A stretch of 64,000 bases of DNA from Octopus sinensis (lineage: Eukaryota). The stretch lies in the NCBI RefSeq assembly GCF_006345805.1, contig NC_043008.1, positions 14,322,001 through 14,386,000 on the forward strand, written 5' to 3'. Position 1 is the stretch's first letter, and the number at the start of each line of letters is the position of its first letter. The position numbers were made by a program, and so were the translations under genes. Positions 13,439 to 27,530 of this stretch are shown one piece after another. The notes under the pieces were generated by a model. It saw only the letters and a list, made by a program, of their open reading frames with translations. It was not told the origin of the DNA and made no database searches.

Positions 13439-13553
13439 CATTTTGCATGCATATTATATGATATATATACATATGCATACATAATATATAATATATATAT
13501 ATACATATATATATGTACGTACATAATGTATAATATATATCTGAGTGTTTCTG

Positions 13554-13590
<37 letters not shown>

Positions 13591-14320
13591 AAAAGCATAT
13601 ACGTATATATATGTATATATATATGTGTGTATATGTGTGTAGTTACATGCGTATATATGCGTATATACGCATATACGTATATATGTATATACGTATATAT
13701 ATATTATATATATATATATACACGTATATATATATATATAATATATATATAATATATATATATATATAGCTGTGTATCTATATGCATATGCATACATGCA
13801 TGCGTTGAGGGTCTGTGTGTGTAAGTGTGTGTGTGTGTGCGCGCGTGTCTGCGTCTGTGTTTGTGTGAATGTATGTGTGCTCGTATGCGTACGTCCGCAT
13901 TGGAAATAGCTAGATCTAGAATTAACAAAACAGAACCAACTTTACAATACTGTTTTTATGCAGACACAAAAAGTTAGTGAATGTTGCGTTCAAGACTTTA
14001 GCTTACAATAAAGAATTAAGATGACTGCTAAGTACAGCTAGATACTCGAAATTCATTCTCTGAACACGTGTATCTGGAATTAATTCGCTAAAAGTTTTGG
14101 TATTTAAAGGAACACAATTATTTAATTCATCTTCATTGTTTGTTAAAAAATATTGATACAGATTTTGTCAAACCGCTTATGCGTTAAATACAGACATTTC
14201 TTTGTAGCTTCTAATATATTCTATTCACGTTAGAATTATCTACACATTTTAACAAACCACTAGCAAACAATACTGTATATATATATATATATATAATATA
14301 TATATTATATATATATATAT

Positions 14321-14370
<50 letters not shown>

Positions 14371-14658
14371 TGTATGTATGTATGCATGTATATGCATATG
14401 TATATATGTATGTATATCTCTTCTCTTATATGTTTCAGTTCAATGACTGTGGCCATGCTGGTGCACCACCATTGTAATCATCATTCCATTTTCCACCTTC
14501 GTCGTAGCGGCTTCTGAAGAATGGAGTTCGATGCTACTGCCCTCTTTTGAGTTTCTTGCTTAGATATTGGCTCATCCGATATCTCGGCGGGCCAGAGGTC
14601 AATTTCATGTTTGAAAACGTCTACATCCACTCCATATGTATATATATATATATATATA

Positions 14659-15435
14659 TACAAGATAAGAAAATGGAAAAATACATCTAAATCAAATATC
14701 AGTTACCAGATAATACTCAATCACATACTTTATTAAACCACCACATAAGAGACTGTAGGGTTAAACATAAAAAAGCAGAACAAATCAGTGTACATAAAAG
14801 AGTAATGTTGTATAATAAGTAGAATATATATAAAAGAGAATATAAATATAAGTAAATATAAATATAAGTATAGATTAAATCTTACAGCTGTTTCGACCAT
14901 GTAGATAAGTATGTCTCATTTTACTAATACTAGCCTTTTATATATTGACCTACCACAAAAGGCTAATATAGGTAAAATGAGACATACTTATCTACATGGC
15001 CGAAACAGCTGTAAGATGTAATCTATACTTATATTTATATTTACTTATATTTATATTCTCTTTTATATATATTCTACTTATTATACAACATTACTCTTTA
15101 TGTACACTTTTTATGTACATTACTTTATGTACACTGATTTGTTCTGCTTTTTTATGTTTAACCCTACAGTCTCTTTTGTGGTGGTTTAATAAAGTATGTG
15201 ATTGAGTATTATCTGGTAACTGATATTTGATTTAGTTGTATTTCTCCATTTTCTTATCTTGTATTAGTAATTTGTGGTAAATCATTTTGCCTTTGCCCAT
15301 ATAAAACAGTAAATGATTTGATTGCATCGCAATCCTTAACATTTATGTATTAACTTTGTTGGGTACTCCACTAGCAGTATATTGGATATATGTTATCCCA
15401 TGGAGGGTTGCATTTACAACCCCTATCTCAATTTG
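14659..15435. mobile_element. Inverted-repeat element (about 280-bp arms), Penelope-like pLTR pair inside (TA)n
   Basis: Arms 14659-14939 and 14957-15263, 17-nt spacer, right side extends about 170 bp; contains GGCC-GAAACAGCTGTA HHR half. Confidence 0.75.
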
Positions 15436-15659
15436 TATATATATATATATATATCCATACATATATATATATAGTGTACATTTGTTTATAAATATGGATA
15501 ATTAGATTGTGCTTTGCTTAGACTCATTGAGAATTACATATATTGTGGATAGATTAGCGAAGTAGTTTTGTATACAGTGTTACAGAAGGGTATAGCTTGT
15601 TTGTAAATTGATGGTTGTTAGTAAGTTAAGGTGAGAAGATTTGTTTTGGTTTGATGCAG

Positions 15660-15800
15660 AATTTTCATACAATTTACGGTTTTGTCAGGCTTATGAGTAA
15701 AGTTGTGATGGCTATCCACGTGATTCCAAGGAAAGTCAGCACTGCATTTTTTTATGCCGGTGATTATTTCCCTCGGATGTATGGTTTTGGAGATTTTTCC
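15660..15800 (-). pseudogene. Highly decayed mariner transposase fragment
   Basis: Minus frame W-N-x4-H..KPDKTVN resembles mariner W(D/N)..G..H.ELL.PG.TVN. Confidence 0.3.
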
Positions 15801-16818
15801 AAAATAAATCACTGGGGATAGCTGGCGACTGATTTTACTGGATTATTTTTACTGCTTCATACAGCGTTCGATGCTGGAACACTTGACTCTAATCAAGTCT
15901 TGCCCTCGGCATACCTCTAACAGCCGTGTATGTCCACATCAGTATGTGTGTGTATATGTGTATATACGTATATACGATATATGTATATATGTTAGGACAT
16001 TTGTTCGTAACTTCAAAAATCATCGACGCCTATTAAAAGCCAAGCTCAAAAATAAATAATATTCAACTGTTGCAATAGAATTTTGCCCGTAACCACTTCG
16101 TAAATCCATGATAATAATTTTGAAAACTGGAAAACTAAACGAAATATATGATATTTTGCGGCATCTTAAAAAACTGTGATAGCTTTTCTATAATATGATT
16201 TCTTCAGGTTCAATATTCACTCTCAGCCCATTTAATTTATCAGATACGTACAACTATTTGTATTAATGTTTGGATTCGTGTATAGTTATATATAACAGCA
16301 AATTACATAAACAAATGATAGGCATCTTCGAAGTTACTATTAACCTCTTCTATGTATATTCATATATATGTGTGAATGCGTGTATACATATACGTGCTTA
16401 AGTGTGTGTTGGTGTGGGTGCGTGTGTATATATATGCGAGTGTGTGTGTGTGTGTGTGTGTGTGCGTGCGTGCGTATGGAGTGTGTGTATACATATATGT
16501 ATGCGTTTATGCTTGGCTTTTTTACTCAGATTAGTTATATACGAATACATATATTTTACAGTTGTAATTATATAGACAATCACATTAGGTAAATTTGCAT
16601 AGATATCTGCATATCAATCTTCCACAAACGTTCTTTCGTGTGTGTGTATATATATATATATATGTGTGTGTGTGCGTGTGTGTTTGTGTGTGTGTATAAC
16701 ATAATGTAATATACAATGTATATTATACATTATATATATGTATACCATATTATATATACATATATATATATATGTGTGTGTGTATGTAGGTATGTATGTA
16801 AGTATGTATGTATATATG

Positions 16819-16873
<55 letters not shown>

Positions 16874-16892
16874 ATATATATATATATATATA

Positions 16893-16959
<67 letters not shown>

Positions 16960-17273
16960 ATATATATACATATATATGTACATATATATATATCAACTGT
17001 GTGTGCACCTATGTATAATTGAGTATTATGATTGATTAAATATGGTCAGAAGGTCTATTATATTTTTCCAGAAGGATTTCTATTATTTAGTAAACATATT
17101 TCATACATTTGTAAACACTATATTTCTTCTATGATTGATCATTTCATTGAGAAATCAATACAATTCCTTTCACACCAATAACGTTACTTTGTATTACATC
17201 ACTTATCATTTGTTCGGTTCTCGTTTTACGTAAATCGTCAGTCAAAACGAAAATTACTAAAGACAGCATACAC

Positions 17274-17373
<100 letters not shown>

Positions 17374-17884
17374 ATATAAGTATATGAGTATGTGTACGGC
17401 ACACGTTTGTGTGTTTATGTATATGTGCTTAAACATTCATACTTTAGTGAGTGCGTGAATATACGTGCATGTATGAACTGTATATTGGTGGTATCATTGC
17501 AGGGCTAATAAAATCAATGAGAATATTAACCATTTTATTAACCTATACTTCAAACACAAGTTACTGTATCTTACTGACATCCTCTATTTTCTTGCTATCA
17601 TGAGGTAAAGATTTTCGTGAAACAAAAAGTAATATATACATATACATTTTTGTGTGTTGTAGTGCTTTAGTGTGTGTCAGGAAACAGTGCTGTGTTATGG
17701 TTGTACACTGTGGAATTAGCATGATTGAGAAGAAGAAGAAGAAGAAGATTGAAAAGTTCTGCCAATTTATGAGAGACACTTGGTGAAAAGACTTTGGTGA
17801 TAATTGGGTGCTGAGAGATCTTACAAGGCATGCAACACTCAAAGACTTACTTTTGGTAGATATTGTGGTAGCTAAATAGCGTTA

Positions 17885-18240
<356 letters not shown>

Positions 18241-18483
18241 TGATATGAATATACATGTATGTATTATATTCTTTAATATTTTGTAGACAACTACACCTAT
18301 ATCATATTACAAGATATTAAATGGTATTTATCTCTCGCTGGATGGAGAAATTTTTTGTTGATATTGCCATAACAAAACAGTAAACTGCATATACGAATGT
18401 GTTTATGCGTGTGTGTATGCGCCCGTGCGTGTCTGTACGTGTGTGTGTGTGTGTGCGCGCATATATATACATGCATGTCTGTG

Positions 18484-18547
<64 letters not shown>

Positions 18548-18550
<3 letters not shown>

Positions 18551-18663
18551 TATAATTAAGGATATCTGAGAGATGCCACCATGCAGATATAGCAGCCAAA
18601 ACTTGAGTCTAAGGCTACTGTTTCTAGCATGGTGATGTCTTTTAGATATCCTTAATTATAATT
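18548..18663. repeat. Imperfect 115-bp palindrome adjoining (TA)n
   Basis: AATTATAATTAAGGATATCT..CACCATGC..TAGCAGCC / GGCTACTG..GCATGGTG..AGATATCCTTAATTATAATT. Confidence 0.8.
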
Positions 18664-18811
18664 TTAATAATAATTATTACCTTTGAAGGTTTTTATTCCC
18701 ATGCTGGCCACCTGATAAGATCGGTATTTTAAATAACGTTCTTATCCTATTTATATAATTTATAAATATATAGCAAAGTGAAATTAAGGTGTGTATATAA
18801 TATATATATAT

Positions 18812-18880
<69 letters not shown>

Positions 18881-20225
18881 ATATATATATATATGCAGTA
18901 GAGTTGAATACCACCATCTACAACGCATCCAACATACATATGCATACGCGTATCTTGTCTCCTCATCCGTTTTTCATTTGATACAATGAGTTTCTCTCCT
19001 TCACTCCCAAGAGAGGCAACATGTCTAATCCGATATTCGCATAGCGTTTACTCGCGAAACCTCTTAAATTTAGTGAGACGTTCACATACAATTTCCTGAA
19101 GATTTTAACCCTATGAAAATTTCACCTTACCGATTTATCCCTAAAGGAATCGACTAATAAAATATCAAGTTGAACATGAACCTATGCCAATCTTCCCGAC
19201 CTGCAATGACCTGCAAATATCACGAAGATGGTATGATCTATCGTACCTGACTAATAACGTAATTTTCCCAAAGACTACAAAATACATAAACGAAATTATT
19301 GGGCAGAATGTCAAAGCTGAAAATAACCGTGGAAAGTATTATGCAGTATATTTACCCAATAGTAAATCAAAACCATTTAATTCCAAGATTTATCTATGTT
19401 TAACAACTGAATGAATGTGATAAAAGCACCTAAATATAAAACATCATGAAAATTGTTGAAACTGAAGTCCTTCTTGAGCGACATATTTCTCCATTCGAGT
19501 CTATACAGAATTACAGATAGTATTAATGGAATTTTGATTTACTGTCGGGTGACTTTTGGTTAACTGTGTATAATATATAACTGTAGAAGATATGTAATAT
19601 TAAGTCAGAACGACTTAAGATTTTCATTGAATTCCCAGACTGCACAGTCTAATAAGATTGGGGAGGCTGTTATTTTCTAGAAATTCTGAAAGATGGTAAT
19701 TCATTGAGAAAATATGTTGGAGTTCTGGTTGAAAATAATTGAAAAAACTCTTTGCTACGAAGTTTGTGTGTAAAGCACAATAGGAACAACAAGAAAATCA
19801 CAAGAGTGCACACTTCTTGAGCTTCGGAAGAAGTTGCATGAAGTTTATAATTCTGAAGAACAGAAATTGTTTGTGTGTGGTAGAAGAACTTGTCTAAGCA
19901 TTACATTACTTGCTGTTTTGTTTTGATAACTGAGGAGGTATCATCGAGTTAAATTGCCTTATTTATAGAATTTAGGATGTTTATATCTGCGGCGAGAAAG
20001 CGTTATGCTTAGAGTAATACGTTTTAAAATTTGTATTTGTATCAAAATGCGTTTATTTGTATTGTCAAAAAAGAAACTTTCCTATCGAATTTTCTTTCGG
20101 GTAGCAATCATTCAAGTTTTATCAGTATTAATGTATATAGGATAGAATGAAGCCTTTAAATATCAGATATTTTTTACAACATTCTAGTTTTGTAAATAAA
20201 CAGGTAGAAATAATTATGTAACAGA

Positions 20226-20794
20226 AGTTGAAGGCAGTGAGCTGGCAGAATCGTTAGCACCCCGGGTAAAATGCTTAGAGGTATTTCGTCTGCCGCTGCG
20301 TTCTGAGTTCAAATTCCGCCGAGATCGACTTTGCCTTTCATCATTTCGGGGTCGATAAATTAAGTACCAGTTACGCACTGGGGTCGATATAATCAACTTC
20401 ATCCGTTTGTCTGTCTTTGTTTGTCTCCTTTGTGTTTAGCCCCTTCTGGATAGTAAAGAAATAGGTATTTCGTCTGCCACTGCGTTCTGAGTTCAAATTC
20501 CGCCGAGATCGACTTTGCCTTTCTTCCTTTCAGGGTCGATAAATTAAGTACCAGTTACGCACTGAGGTCGATATAATCGACTTAATCCGTCTGTCTGTCC
20601 TTGTTTGTCCCCTCTGTGTTTAGCCTCTTGTGGGTAGTAAAGAAATAGGTATTTCGTCCGTCTTTACGATCTGAGTTCAAATTTCGCATCCTTTCGGCGT
20701 CGATAAAATAAGTACAAACTGTGCACTGGTGGTCGATGTAATCGACTTACCCCATTCCCCGAACTTGCTGGCCCTGTGCCAAAATTTGAAATCG
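20226..20794 (+). mobile_element. Family A SINE trimer with 16-bp TSD
   Basis: One head, 184-bp units restarting at GGTATTTCG (20280, 20464, 20648); TSD ATAATTATGTAACAGA at 20210-20225 and 20795-20810. Confidence 0.9.
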
Positions 20795-21590
20795 ATAATT
20801 ATGTAACAGATATATGATGTAAAGAGGTTTATAAACACCAGGAAACATTGTCTGTAGAACTGCTGTCGGTGCTTTTATTCAGTCTATTGTATTTGAGATA
20901 AATATACGGATGTCGAATTCCGTTATGTAAGAAGTACGCTTTGGGCAAGACAAGTCTGCTACCAAACTTCTGATTTCCTATTTCTCTAAGAAAGAAGAAA
21001 CATGTCAGAATTTCAGTTCTCTTGGATATCTGAAATCTGGTTGTTTTGTAGTAAATCAATGTAACTTTTACATTTGAATGTAGGGGTATATATATATGTG
21101 CATAGATGAATGCATGTATGTATACTTGCATTTGTGTAAGAACCTATGGACAGCACCATTATATATGCGATTAGTGACTGCCAAGTCTATTCAGCAACAC
21201 TTTGATTGATTCTAGTTTCAGCTCATGAGCTGTGGCCATGCTGGGGCACCGCCATTTGTTCTATTCTAATAGTATTTATTTCTTTTGTTCCCAATCATCC
21301 GACCGATCAAGTCGATATGGTTTCTAACCTGGTGTTGGATACTTCATATCGATAAATATCGATAAATGGCTCCCTTTACCATGCTGGCGATGATAAATAT
21401 TTTCTATATATGTAGGAACATTTGTACATATCATATCATATATTATTTACTCATTCATAATGGAAAGCTATGTAGGTTTATGTTATTTGTTTAAAACACT
21501 AGTTGTCGTTAACTCTAAAGCAAATTCTCTTAGAAGCTGTGCAAGTGTCAGTTCTAATGAATTAGCTCTCAGAATATACAAATATGTCAA

Positions 21591-21801
21591 AGCGGCAGGT
21601 TGGCAGAAATGTTAGCACACCATGCAAAATGTTTAGCGCTATTTCGTCTGTCTTTACGTTCTGAGTTCAAATTCCACCGGTGTCGACTTTGATTTCATCC
21701 TTTCGAGGTTGATAAATTAAGTAACAGTTGCGTATTGGAGTCGATTGAATCGACTGGCTCGTTCCCCCAAAATTTTGGGACTTGTGCCTAGTTTAGAAAA
21801 G
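21591..21801 (+). mobile_element. SINE family A
   Basis: Head, B-box and core motifs. Confidence 0.85.
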
Positions 21802-21849
21802 AACCTTGTGTTCAGTCAAAAGTTTTGTAATATATTGATAACATCTGCT

Positions 21850-21992
21850 TTATTTACATTATTTGACGGAAATTTGTCCTCATCTTGTTTGTTGTTAACA
21901 CAACGCTTTGGCTGATATACCTTCCAGGCTTTATCAGGTGTCTTGGGGAATTTTCAAACCTGGGTTCTCATTCCTAAGGTATTTTTCGATGC

Positions 21993-22025
<33 letters not shown>

Positions 22026-22251
22026 AGTCACTGCTTGGAATCGAACTCGGAATCTTGGAGGTAGTAGCCTGCGCTCTTAACCACTATTCCATATGCCCAG
22101 GTTCGAAATTTCCCCAAGACACCTGATGAAGGCTGGAGGGTATATCAGTCGAAACGTTGTGTTAACAACAAACAAGATGAGGACAAATATCCCTCAAATG
22201 CAAATAATGTAAATAATGGGAACAATTCCTCATCTCATAAATTTAGAACTG
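21850..22251 (-). mobile_element. Composite element: tRNA-like head + (AAT)n + HHR-bearing body with inverted terminal copy
   Basis: 11-bp TSD TAACATCTGCT (21839-21849, 22252-22262); arms about 21852-21964 and 22096-22214; minus-strand A-box at 22081-22091 and B-box at 22037-22048. Confidence 0.8.
22119..22162 (+). ncRNA. Minimal hammerhead ribozyme motif, intact core
   Basis: acac CUGAUGA a ggcug-gaggguauau-caguc GAAA CG UU gugu. Confidence 0.72.
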
Positions 22252-22299
22252 TAACATCTGCTGTATTCGTCACGTTACAACAAAAGCAGCCTAGCATTA

Positions 22300-22735
22300 C
22301 AAGTAGAGACCGCCATGTTGCTCTGTCTGAAGCCAACTTTTCTTCCAGTTCTTCGTGGCGAAGAACTCCTTCCCTGAATGTTCCACCTCCTCTTCATTGG
22401 TGAAGCGTCGGGAGCACTGGAATTGAGACAGGGATCTAAGGGAGATATTTCCCCACAATCCTAATGTGCATAAGCTAGAGCCAGCTTCCGGAACCTGTCA
22501 CCAAACATGAGTATTTCAAACACAAAGTTATGCGCTGCGTCTAGTAGAATTACGAGAGGATAATTCACAAGTAGTTCGTTAGGGACGATCGAACAATCGA
22601 TGCCAAACTTTACTCCGAACAGCAGGAGCAGGTGCATGCCATTGTGTGTTAAAATACCCAGCAATGGTTAACAAAACGCGAGCTCTTCTGCAGCAAAATA
22701 GTGCAAGACGTCATACCGCTCGAACGACTCGGAAT
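22300..22735. pseudogene. Rearranged, decayed mariner transposase fragments
   Basis: + strand 22485-22730: PEPVTK..KVMRCV**NYE.II..TIDAKLYSEQ..KYPAMVNKTRALLQQNSARRHTARTT (about LQQDNARPHTA); - strand 22300-22412: RRFTNEEEVEHSGKEFFATK..EQHGGLY (C-terminus). Confidence 0.75.
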
Positions 22736-22849
22736 ATATTCTTCTAGGAATGTGAAGGAATCGAACTAATGCCACACCCAGGATATAGTCTGAATCTAGC
22801 GCCCATTCTACCATGGATTCAGCTAGAATCAGGTTTTTAATCTAACAAA

Positions 22850-23010
22850 CGAGAGAGAGACAGACAAAGATAGAGAGAGAAAGGAAGAAAAGAAGAGAAG
22901 AAGAGAGAAAGAGAGGAAGAGAGAAAGAAAGGAGGAAGGAAGGAAGGAAGGAAGGAAGGAAGGAAGGAAAGAAGGAAGGAAAGAAGAAAGGATGGAAAGA
23001 AGAAAAGAAA
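22850..23010. repeat. Polypurine (GA)n/(GGAA)n tract
   Basis: Direct inspection. Confidence 0.9.
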
Positions 23011-23094
23011 GACATTACAATTTATTAAATGAACGCGACTGTCTTGAAAACTTTCCCTCATACTCATAAACAGAACTATGCTCACACACATGAA

Positions 23095-23382
23095 TAGAGG
23101 GAGAGAGAGACAGAGAGCGGGAGATGAAGGGGGAGGGAGCGAGAGAAGCATTAAGGTGTCAGCTGCCACATAAGTCAGGGTCCAATCAGTGAAACGAAAA
23201 AAGCAGTTATACCAAACATCTCGATTTACTTCCATCATCCGTGGAGCCCCCCACGCCACCGTAATTGCAGCTGCAAACAGTTCAACCATACAGAAAGTAT
23301 TTTTTATTCCAAGTTGGTGAAAATTTGTTCGTTGCTTTCAAATTTTGTGTTTTTATATACGTGTTTGACTGTAAAAGTAAGT
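23095..23382 (+). promoter_or_regulatory. Candidate promoter and non-coding first exon
   Basis: GA/G-rich stretch, CCAATCAG at 23182, CAGCTG E-boxes at 23160 and 23268, donor AA|GTAAGT at 23377; SINE-free island. Confidence 0.3.
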
Positions 23383-23879
23383 GTCGTAAACTTCAAAATT
23401 CTGTTACATTGGCCATACGACTACAACACGATATCGTAAGTTAGCAATGCATTTACTACTAAAAGTAACTGCAGCACACCACACTACACTCCATAAAACA
23501 AAGCTTGGTAAGAAAATGTTAATATATAATATTTCCATTTTATACAGAATTCCTCATAAATATAGGTGATTAATTATAGGAGCGATACTCACATCAAAAC
23601 ACAAAACTATAATACAGACAAACGCGATATATGTGCGTCAAAGATAGGACAGGCATGAGACTGTTGATACATAACTCTAAAGTCAACAGATATGATCCCA
23701 GTCAGTTATAAAGGTGCGATGCACATAAATAAGAGTCATCCATTGTAAAAGAGATTGCACAGAAGCGAGCAACAGTTCCAGTCCTAACGATGGATCTGGA
23801 AGCGACAATAAAAATAATTTTTAAAACTTAATTTTTGCAAACTTCTGTGATCATATGCGGAAATACGAAAAGGCCCCCA

Positions 23880-24078
23880 TAATTCTTTCTACTTTAGGCA
23901 CAAGGCTTGAAACTTTGAAGGAAGGTTCTAGTCGTATTCATTGAATTCAGTGCTCAACTAGTGATTATCTTATCAACCACGAGAGGATTAAAGGCGGAAT
24001 TTGAACTCCGAAAGTAAAGACGGAGAAAATGCTAAACATTTTGTCCGGTATACTAACGAATTTGCCAGTTCAGCGCCT
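23880..24078 (-). mobile_element. SINE family A, old copy
   Basis: GGCGGAATTTGAACTC and TTTAGGCACAAGGC tail. Confidence 0.7.
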
Positions 24079-25074
24079 CAAAAAATGATAGTTTTAAGTC
24101 GGAATAGTCATGTGTTTTTTCTTTATATGAAACTTTTTAGTATTTATAAATTAATGTTTTGTATTTATATTTTTTTAATTTGAAAATTTTTAGTATTTAT
24201 AAATCTCCGGAAATAAATTCATCTTTGTTTTCAGGAAGAGAACATCTATGTTCCGGTCTATTTGGAATCATCGGCATAGTAGAATATCGTCACTTCACAA
24301 AGAATTTTACATAACCAAATGGTGTTTCTTAAAATGTTTTGCCATTAGTAAAACTGTCTAATTAATAAATAAAAATGAGTCAAATAAAATAAGTTAGATG
24401 TACTAATGACTTGAGATGAGCATAAGAGTTAAGGAGCGATAGCCTGAATGCTGGATGCGATCAAAAATTCGTAATTGAAATATCTAATAGATGAAGAACG
24501 AAAAAGACTAACAAGAATAGAAATCCAATTGTTGACCCACCCATCTTTATATCTAGAGAATTTAACCTCAGAGTGTAAAATACACTTATACACCACACTT
24601 GATATTATCTAACACAGATACAACAAAGTTTGCATGTACTCTCGTTTTAATTTGATCGCAGGGTCTGTATACGTCCAATGTTTGCCGCTCAATCAATGGC
24701 AACCACTGGAGTAGCTCATCTTCCGTTGAATCTTCACGTTGTCTTTATTTAAGTTAGTACAAGTACTGAGGGCAAAATAATAATATTTTCATTGCTATCG
24801 AAGAAGAGTAGGTGGCACACGGCCAAATCAATTATGTTGTCAAATATTTGCACTTATCCTATGTCACTAGCAATCATCATTGATATGATTGGCAGTTCTT
24901 TATTGCACTGCTATCGTTTCGTTGGCATCATGCAAATCAGATTAATTTTGCTCACTTGTTGTTAACTAGGATTGAACTCATAAACCTTTCTGTGGGGAGA
25001 TCTGCCAAATCAAATAGATCTTTTGTGTAAACACATAAACTCAATGAAATGAAATGATATGATATGATATGTTT

Positions 25075-25085
25075 GTGTGTTCTAT

Positions 25086-25151
<66 letters not shown>

Positions 25152-25210
25152 GGTGAGCTGTGTGTATATATACGTGGATATATATACTATACGTATATAT
25201 ACTTATATAT

Positions 25211-25251
<41 letters not shown>

Positions 25252-25492
25252 TAAATACTTATATATGTAAGCATGTGTGTATATATATATACATATATAC
25301 ATACATATATATATATGTATCTATATATATTGCATATATGTATATATAACATATATATAACATATATACATACATGTCTATGTATGCATATACATATATG
25401 TATATATGTGTATATACATTATACACACACACATATATACATACACACACACATATACATACACACACACAAACATATACACACACATACAG

Positions 25493-25578
<86 letters not shown>

Positions 25579-25845
25579 ATTACACACATACACACATTTA
25601 TAGGCAGATATAGAAGAAAGAATCCAACTAAATGAAACCGATCCATTTGCCAGAGTGGAGAATTATTGTTAAAGTCTCATCAATGTTATTTATCTATTGT
25701 TAGCTCTTTTATTATTTATTTCTATTTTCCTTTACTCTTTCAACTTTTTTTTCCTTTACACATACATATTTACTCGTTCTTCTTGTTTATTATTTTTGTC
25801 TTTGCTTATGTGGCTGTATTGTTGTTGTTACTATTATTATTATTA

Positions 25846-25880
<35 letters not shown>

Positions 25881-26062
25881 GTTATTATTATTATCATTAT
25901 TATTATTATTATTGTTATTATTATTATTATTATCAATATTATTATGGTGGACAGCCAGCAGAATCGTTAGCCCCCTCCCCCCCCAAAATTTCAGGCCTTG
26001 TGGGTATAGTAGAAAGGGTTATTATAATTTTAATCATCAGCATCACTATATACATACATACA

Positions 26063-26137
<75 letters not shown>

Positions 26138-26238
26138 TATATATTATATACATACATATATATATACATATATATATTATATATATATATATATACATAC
26201 ATATATATATACATAACATACATATATATGTATGTATG

Positions 26239-26321
<83 letters not shown>

Positions 26322-26330
26322 ATATATTCA
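25075..26330. repeat. Cluster of (TA)n, (CA)n and (TAT)n microsatellites
   Basis: Direct inspection; includes an internally deleted SINE A at about 25945-26020. Confidence 0.85.
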
Positions 26331-27213
26331 GATTTACATTTCTACACTCTGATCCAATCACTCTAGGTCTCTCTTCGTGCAAGGTCACTAACAATTTCAC
26401 GTATCAATATTATTCTGTATCACGATAAGAGTTCACGGGAATGAAGGCTTCTATAACTATGGCTTACTGCTGTTTCTTCACTAACGCCATTTCCACCACC
26501 ACTACTACTACTACTACCACCACCACCACCACCACCACAAACACCACCACTACTACTACTACTTTTATTGATTTTATTTGTCTTCCCCTTGTCCTCCATT
26601 TGTTTTCTATCTCTTATATTTCTGACTGGATTTTTTTTCTTCGTTGTTCTTTTCTTTTCCTTGCTTATCTTTTATTTTTCTTAATCTTCTTGTTGTTCCG
26701 CTTGTATTGTATTTTTTCTGTCGACCTCATTCTCTCCACACTCTCTCTCTCTCTCTTTCTCCCTCACACACACACATACATACACACATAAACACATTTC
26801 TCCATATTTTTTTTTCTTTTTCATCCAACGTGTTCCTGTTCTTTTTCTTTTCATTATTTTCCGTCTTCGTTTCCTAAACTTCTTCAACTTCATTATCATC
26901 TGTTCTTTTTCTTCTATCGTTGTGTCTGGTTCCTCCTTTTCTTCTTCTCCACCTCCTCGCCTTCCAACTTCTTCTCTTCATCCTCATATTTCCTCCTCAT
27001 CCTACTACTACTACTACTACTAATACTGCTACTACTGCTACAACTTTCTACCTTCCCTTGCTTTCTCTTGGTATTTCGTCCAATCTTAGACTTCTCAGGA
27101 TTTACATCTACAGCTAAAAGGCAATAGGAAACTATTTAAATATATCCTTTACTAGTAGCATCATAACATTGGAGACAAGGATATCCTATAGCATACAAAA
27201 GACCATGTAACAG

Positions 27214-27266
<53 letters not shown>

Positions 27267-27492
27267 TGTGGGTAGGAAGGTAGGTAGGTAGGTAGGTAGG
27301 TAGGTAGGTAGGTAGGTAGACAGATGGGATGGGGGATGGGATAGATAGATAGATGATAGATAGATAATAGATAGAATGATAATAGATAGATAGAATAGAT
27401 AGGTAGATAGATAATAGATAGATAGATAGATGATAGGTAGGTAGTATAGATAGATAGATAGATAGGAGTAGGTAGGTAGGTAGGTAGGTAGG

Positions 27493-27527
<35 letters not shown>

Positions 27528-27530
27528 TAG
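27214..27530. repeat. (GATA)n/(GGTA)n microsatellite
   Basis: Direct inspection. Confidence 0.95.
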
